Part shown: positions 55,791-64,000 of the stretch, piece after piece
How the letters are laid out: every line of letters begins with the position of its first letter
How positions within the stretch are numbered: the first letter of the stretch is position 1
Assembly (NCBI GenBank): GCA_012295275.1
Contig: CM022666.1
Location: forward strand, 13,764,001 to 13,828,000
Source: Chrysomallon squamiferum
Lineage: Eukaryota; Animalia; Mollusca
Length of the DNA: 64,000 nt
Reading direction: 5' to 3'
The notes under the pieces: generated by a model
What the model was told of the DNA's origin: nothing
Seen by the model: only the letters and a program-made list of their open reading frames with translations
The model's database searches: none
Program-made: the position numbers and the translations under genes

Positions 55791-57869
55791 ACACGGAGAA
55801 TAATGCGTCCAGTGAGGCACGGAAATATCTGTAATCCAAGCAGTGTCACTGAACAGGAACGTTGTCCTTTCACAGACGTGCAAATTTAATAAACCCATGA
55901 AAAGTTTTACAAACAAACTCAAAAATAAAATAATGGAATGATAATAGTTTGTAAGTTCTTTAGGGCGAGGTCACGAGTTCACTGTGCTTACCCACCCATG
56001 GGGCTCATTCTGCCAACACGGTCAGCTCCGGGTGAAGGACAAGCAGAAAGCAGACGTCTGCTAATTCGTCTTACTTCGGTTATATGAGTTTTCGTGTCAT
56101 ACCTTTTTTCGAGACAGCTCATACATGTTTTCTTTTCTTCTTATTATTTTGGGTTTTAATGGAACAGGTCGAGCATTAGGAACACATATTACATTGATCA
56201 GATCGTTATACTGTTGTTTATAAATAAATCTCTTGGACGTTATTTTCAATCAAATACAATTTTATATTAATCAGAATTTGCTTATGCAGACTTATTTATT
56301 TTAAGTGCTACGTTTTGTAAACAGCCAAAATAGTGAATAGAAAATAAAATAGAAGAAACAAACTACCCAATAATATTTCATTTCTGTAAATAGCTGTATT
56401 TCAACAGAAGTGATTATAGACACTGGTGTATATGCTGACAACATGGCCCAGTCAATCTGATGATGACGTCGTGTATTGGGATTACACTTGGATTTGTCAT
56501 CTGCACAAGTTTTGTTACAAACACTTTGGGTAAGTTACTCAATCATATTTTATCTATATTTATTTATTTATAATAATATATATACATGGATATGTATATT
56601 TTCATATATAGATACGAACATACATTGTGTGTGTATGTGTGTGTCTATATATATATATATATGAATGTGTGTGTCTATTACAATAAATACGTGCCTAAAT
56701 ATAAATATATAGACATAGATATATATATAAATACATATACACACCTAAGTTATATACATGGAAATATATATTTAAACGAAAAAAATCTCATGCAAAGATG
56801 TAAAGCTATTGTAATGAATACATTACGTCCATACTTGCATCCGTCAAAACACGCACATACACATTTTTCTTTGTTGTTGGTCTTCTGTTACTGTTACCAT
56901 TACTACCACTACTACTACTACTACTACTGCTACTAGTACAACAGCTACTATGAAGGCCGTATTATTCATAAAGATGACTAGGCTGAAACTTGTGGGGGGT
57001 TTGTTGTTGTTTTGACGATACCTGATACAACAACAACAGCAACAACAACAACTACTACTACTACTACTACTGTTACTGCTACAACCATTATTATTATTCT
57101 ACTATAACTTCTACCACTACTATTACTTCTATTCCTACTAGTATCACTACTACGACTATCACTACCATTACCACGACTACTACTACTACAACTATTACTA
57201 GTACTTCTACTACTACTATCACTACCACCACTAATATTACTTCTTTTACTTCTGCTTCTTGACAACACTAACAATAACCAACACATTCATTAACTGAACA
57301 GTAGTAACATTACAAACACACAACAAGCTGGTCAGTGAACGGGAATCGATCGCTCGACCTACTGAACCCCGCACGAGTCTGTACTAAAACAGCCGAGTTG
57401 TGTGTTTGCTTAGGACAACGATAACACCTCGTGACCCGCGAATGACCAGTCCACCTGACAGCGGTCAGGCGCGGTCACAACGGGTATAGGACACGTATGA
57501 GTTTGCGTGACCACTTGGAAGTAACAAACTGAGTCGTACGTGAAGAGTGTTTTACGTAATCCGTGAACTCTCACTGGCCGCGTCATTTTTTTTAAAATTT
57601 TATTACTAAATCGTTGTCATTGTTATTGTATGTTGTTGTTGTTTTTTGTTGTTGTTGTTGTTACTATTATTATTGTGATTATTGTTGTTATTAAACAAAG
57701 AAATCAATAAATCAATAAATAAATAAAAAGAAAAGAAGATAAAAAAAAATGAATAAAAATGTATTTAAAATCCCCCAAAATCAAAATTAAAATTGTATTA
57801 GTGCTTGACAAAATGAATTAGAAGAATAGAAGAAGAAAAAAAATAATAACGATACTACTACTACTACCA

Positions 57870-57914
<45 letters not shown>

Positions 57915-58604
57915 ATAATAATAATAATAAATAAATAAATAACTAAAAAGTTGATTTTATGAACTTCAGCTACGAACTGCCAAATCTACTGAGTTCTCCA
58001 GAATTAACAGTAAAGAAAAATAATATATAAATTATATAATTATCATGTTGTCTCGATATCAAAAAATATGTTGCTAGGTGATAAAAACCAGCAATTATTC
58101 TTTATTTTATTTTATTTTATTTTACTTACACATTACTTGGTTTGTGTCTTTGTTGTATATTAAACTTTTCAGCCACGCATGAATTCGCTTGAGTGGATGC
58201 AAACGGGGTCTGGTATCATTAATTTCCTTACCAGAAGATTTGGTTCAGCCCGCGGCGGGGGGGGTCAGTGTATTAGTCACTGCAAATTATCAGCGAACTA
58301 CCTGATAACTAAACCGTAGCATGTTGATAAGAAAACAGCACTTTGCTGATAGGTAAACAACATTTTGTTACGTCACCGCAAAGTTTTACACGATGTTTGT
58401 TACGTGTGTCTTTCAACATTACGTGACATTCTTTTTAAATCCCATCTTCTTATCGCAGTCTCTCTGTCACTTGTGGTTATTTCTCTCAGCACCCGTTCGT
58501 CCATTTCTTGTACGTATGTCTCTCTGTCTTTGCACTTGTAGCTTCCTGGGTCGAGTCCTGGTTATTACTACTATACGTAACTAATTATGGCATCGTATAT
58601 CTTA

Positions 58605-58712
58605 TTATCTTTCTAACATACTAACATCAGCAGTGTCTAAGTTTAGATAGGGAAGGATACTGCACTCTCTTGTCACTAACACACTAACACACTAACACTG
58701 TATCACTTTCTA
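58605..58712 (-). repeat. Inverted fragment of the same TTAG-rich dispersed family
   Basis: The reverse complement taaacttagacactgctgatgttagtatgttagaa matches taaaattagacaatgctgatgttagtatgttagaa at 52171-52205 with two mismatches. Confidence 0.7.
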
Positions 58713-58721
58713 ATAAGAAAA

Positions 58722-58832
<111 letters not shown>

Positions 58833-59968
58833 TTGTTTCTTTAACTTTGTATATCCCCATTCCAGCCAAGCGAACCGTATGTAGTCAGATCATATCAAAT
58901 AACACTTACACACGCACATGTCATAATTCAGAGTACACGAATCCACTAAACTAAGAACTCACGTTCAGTTGATTAAGTCTTTAATAAGATATAACAGATT
59001 ACAGTTTTATGATCAGGTTTAATCCTGAGATATCAAGAATGAATTGTAGATGAACTGTATACAATCTTTGGTCATGTAAAAAGAAAAGAAATGAAAAAAA
59101 TTACAACAATAAATGCAGAATAGTTTTAACAATAGAAATAGAACGTAGAATGATGTGTAGTTTAGTTTACATTAAAAAAAATAATAATAATAAAAAAAAT
59201 AAAGAGCTTAGAAAACACTGCTTTGGTTTTCAAACATCTGTCCTGCATGTCTCTCCAATTGTCTCTGTTTTTGTTTGTCTGTGTGTCTGCTTTACTGCCT
59301 GTCTGTCTGTCTGTCTGTCTGTTTGTTTGTCTCTGCCTCTCTGACTACGAACCTGTCTATAAGCTCACACACACACCCACTCTGAGATACAAATATAAAT
59401 GCATCTGTATAAACACACACACACACACACACAAACACAATCATATCTGTTCCAGTATTCAAATTAACAGCTGCAATATTCTCTCCATTAGATACGTTTA
59501 ATAGAAATCTTCAGATCTGAATGATTGTCATTCCTGTCTTGTTATCACTGCGTACAATTTTTTTTTACAAAAATGCAAAAATACAAAAGTCTTCTAAAGC
59601 CTCTCTGTTATGACAAATAATAACTACAACAAAAGAAATCGTAGGGGGGGGAAGGGGGAATGGTGATATCTTCGGGTGAATTGAAGGTAAAGAAGATAAT
59701 AGCTGAGGGACATTGTCTTGTCACTTACTCGACTGTTCTAATCTTCCACGCTAGTTCTCGGGTCACGTCCAGGCAAAAACCAGTCAGAATTAGTCTGTCC
59801 AAGGCTAAGAGCAAAAATAACCATCTGTTCTATGACGACATAATCGACAGTGACAATGCTGTGACGTAACCAAGACGTATTACGTTGACGTATTACGTCA
59901 TTGTAGTCTCATTAGCAATTGGTTTTCGTTTTTTTTTTTTTTTCTGTTATTAATAAACACTTTTTATT

Positions 59969-60034
<66 letters not shown>

Positions 60035-60602
60035 TTATTATTATTATTATTATTGTTTGTTTCAAACACAAAAATAAATAAATAAAATGATTGGTGCGTT
60101 TCGTTCCTCTTTCACACAAATACACACACATACATACATACGCACACACTCACATACATACATACGCACACACACACAATCTGTATCAGCGTTTTAAACT
60201 GATATCGTTTTCGTTTTTAATCTAATTTCATCGCAGCTTAGTTAATTAATTAATTAATTAATTTATATATTTATTTGTGAAGAATTCAATTTTAAATTTC
60301 TAACTCAGTGGGGAAAAGAATGAAACAAGTTTGAAACCAAAACGTTAAACAACAACAACAACAACAACAACATATTCATAATCAATTACAGAAGACAGTA
60401 CGGTATTAGAATGTCTCTCGTGTACCTGTCACTACGTGACGGCGACAGAGCTGCCGTCGTAGTTGACCTAGAAACTACTGTAAACTGGGTCAATGTTTAA
60501 AGAAAAAGGAGATCATATTTAAGTTTTTGTTAGACTGAAGTACAACATTTAGAACTGTTTAAAACAGCTTCTTACTTCGAATATACTGAGTCAGTCGGCT
60601 TG

Positions 60603-60656
<54 letters not shown>

Positions 60657-60689
60657 GTAATGATGATGACAATAATAATAATGTTAATA

Positions 60690-60721
<32 letters not shown>

Positions 60722-61336
60722 GACGTGATCATGGTGACGATAAAAAGAAGAAAAGAGGAAGTAGAATTAATTGCAGTAGAAATAGTAGTAATAGCAACAG
60801 TTGTAGCAGAAGAAGTAGTACTTTTAACTCTAATAGTATAGAGCAGTATTAGTGGATATGGTTGTCGTAGTGGTGGTAGCAGTAGCAGCAGTAGCAGCAG
60901 CAGCAGTAGTAGCAGCAGCAGTACGTTGAGTGGTATTAGTAACAGTTGTATTAGAATCGTGGTCGTTGTCCTAGTTGTAATCATAGTAGTGGTAGTAATA
61001 GACAGTAAGAAGAATTACTGATAGCTTGAATAATGTGTTGACTCAGAACGAGAAACCCCCAAAAGAAGATAGAGTAATAAATAAGAATAATGAATTCACC
61101 ATCACACTAGAGATGACGACAAACCTACAGCGACAACGTCAACAACAACACAATCCTAATAATATTCCTGCTTCAGTTTATTGTAAAAATTCAGCAGTAT
61201 ATAAAAAAAAAATCGAACTGGATTGAACTGGACATTGTTCAGGATATTTCTAGTACTAGACTCACCTTTGTTAAATATTTGAACAATTTATTATTAAACA
61301 CGTATTTACGTCTGGTCCTGTACTCTATATATAACC

Positions 61337-61390
<54 letters not shown>

Positions 61391-61788
61391 CGTGTGTGTC
61401 TGTGTGTATGTGTACGTGTGTGTGTGTGTATGTAGGTATGTATGTATATAATTCTTAGGAATGTACCTGATTTCTTAATCTACACAATGTATTCCATGTA
61501 TCGTCAGAGTTTTTTGTTCAGTTTGATATTGTTACGATATGAAATTGTTACGGGTGAAGTAAGTATATAGTAACGTGAAGAATAACACAAGTAGTGGATT
61601 TATTTGTTTTGTTAGGTCTTTTTTCTTTCAGTTTTCTCCGTGTTTCGTTTCACCTATTTTGTTTTTGATTCAGCATGACAATGTTTCTTTCCATTATTTT
61701 TTTCATTTCGTTTTTCTTTCTTGTAATTTTCAGCATTTTTTTTTCTTTTTCTCTTTCGTAAAATTACGACAAATAAAACATATACAGA

Positions 61789-61919
<131 letters not shown>

Positions 61920-61974
61920 ACTGTAGTATCTATATATGCATGTATTTCTGTATGTATGTATGTATGTATGTATG

Positions 61975-62005
<31 letters not shown>

Positions 62006-63031
62006 ACATGTATGCACAGCTGCTAGTTATTAAACTGTGATTGATAAGTCATCATAATCAACTTAATAGAAATACCGAGACTCGATCTGTGTATCTGTGA
62101 CCTTATGACGGCGACTTAACCAATGCATTGTACAGACAGGCTTTCACACAAATGCTGTCTTTTAAACATCGCTCATGGTTGACTAACCTGTCACATACTC
62201 ACTGACCCGTAAAACAAAAATGCAGACACCTGTATTTTTCAGTGGACCATAACACATCGCATGAAGCTAAATCAAGGGTAAAATAAACAAAGAAATACGC
62301 AGGACTTTCACTTTGAGTTCGGCTTGCAGCTGAGTCATGCAGGATTTTTGACGTGTCTGTGTAATAATATATATATATATTTCAAAAAGTACAAAGTCAG
62401 ATACTATTTGAATGACGTCACAGTTTTTAAACGTCGCCACAATTATGTAGAGCAAACGGCGGCGTCTTTCCGTGATCCTCGTTAATATTCATGACCAGCA
62501 TAACGCGCACTGTTACAGGGCGCTCATTTACATATTGGCTCCGCCCACTGCAAAGCCTATTTTTTCCGTGATTTACAACAGGTGAGGGTTTGTTTATGGT
62601 ATTCGGGATAAGTGTGCTGTCGCAGGATGAAGGAACTAGCTTTTGTCTTCGTTCTACTGTCACGCGTGTTCGCAGTGCAAGGTAATGCTTAGTTTTATCG
62701 ATTAGTTTGATCTGATCGCTTACCGATGATGGCCGTTTCTGCACTTTTCTTTCGCCTTTCTTTGTTTCATATTTCTTTTTTTTTTATTTTCCTTTGTTTG
62801 TTTTTTTATTCATTTCTTTCTTTCTTTCTTTTTTGGTCTTTTTTTTTATCATATTTTTAAAAACGTATTTTATTTTATGATTTTTTTTTTATTCGTTTTT
62901 GTTTCTTTCTTTTCTCCTTTAGTGTAGTTTTTATTGTTGTTGTTGTTATTATATATATATATTATTGTTGATTAAGAGAGTATTACCACATCGCCACTAC
63001 TCTCACTGGCGCTACCACTACCACTACTACT

Positions 63032-63076
<45 letters not shown>

Positions 63077-63155
63077 TTATTACTACTATTACTACTACTA
63101 CTATTACTACTATTACTACTATTACTACTACTACTATTATTACTACTACTACTAT

Positions 63156-63190
<35 letters not shown>

Positions 63191-63224
63191 TTACTATTAC
63201 TACTACTACTACTACTACTACTAT

Positions 63225-63256
<32 letters not shown>

Positions 63257-64000
63257 ACTGCTACTACTATTACTACTTATTACTACTATTACTACTACTA
63301 TTCCAGCTACTATTACTATTACTATTTCTACTGTTACTATTACTTACTATTAGCTACCAATACTACTACTACTACTACTACTATTAACATTACCACTTTT
63401 ACTATTAACATTACCACTTTTATTATTACTACTACAGCTACTGCTGTTTATATTATATACATGGTCAAGATAATAATATTACGTAACTAACTGCTACTAC
63501 CGTCACTGTTATTATAGCTATATCATATTAACTACAACAGCAACAAAACCATCAGCTTTAGCAGCTACAGCAACACCACATAGTAAATAATGTTATAAAA
63601 AAGTATACTACTATTAAAATAATAAATAAACTGAAATGATATAAAAAATTAAATAAAATATGTTAAATAAACGAACAAACAAACAAAAGGAGAAAAGCAA
63701 ACAATAATCAGCTATTTAACATATCGGTAATCGGGGCATATCGTTATCACTTATCGTTATGAAAGATTGCACAACGATTATCGATAACAAGGCCTTGATA
63801 ATCCATATGAACGGTACTCTCCGATACTGTTTCTCCTTAGGCAGTGTGATGCGTGAAGTTATCTTTTTGCTGTTATCAGTGTCTGTTAACAAAGTAATGT
63901 GTTTCTGTCCTCCAGGTTTTTTTTTCTATCATACAACTGATATTGGTATTTCTGTTTTATAATTACGTGCATTCGAATTTAATTCTGTTTAATACGTCAC

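Noticed and set aside
57330-57365. B-box-like sequence as a tRNA gene
   Set aside because: No cloverleaf could be folded. At most it is a decayed SINE head.

Overview
This is AT-rich, microsatellite-dense eukaryotic DNA, most likely an invertebrate and plausibly a mollusc (inferred from repeat style and gene content). Two protein-coding genes are supported, and they converge. (1) The last coding exon of a PAM18/TIM14 (DNAJC19/15-type) J-protein lies at 238-311 (+). (2) A multi-exon neuropeptide-type precursor gene lies on the minus strand. Its large exon (9388-7882) encodes 19 related, non-amidated acidic decapeptides (consensus [F/Y]L[E/D]SIASDLI), mostly flanked by KR/KK. A 74-nt exon (13497-13424) splices in frame (phase 2) and supplies a signal peptide, giving a predicted 517-aa precursor. 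A candidate non-coding first exon sits at ~23658-23495 below a TATA box and a perfect CRE. The ~40 kb further upstream has no recognisable host coding exon. It carries motif islands (CRE, RFX X-box, CCAAT, a TCTCGCGAGA palindrome), a CRE-bearing tandem repeat, a G-quadruplex tract, and Tigger, LINE and SINE-like remnants. Elsewhere in the window are a 6-bp-TSD DNA transposon and a probable assembly-artefact duplication. Almost all other ORFs in the track are microsatellite read-through. No database searches were run, so family names come from recalled motifs.
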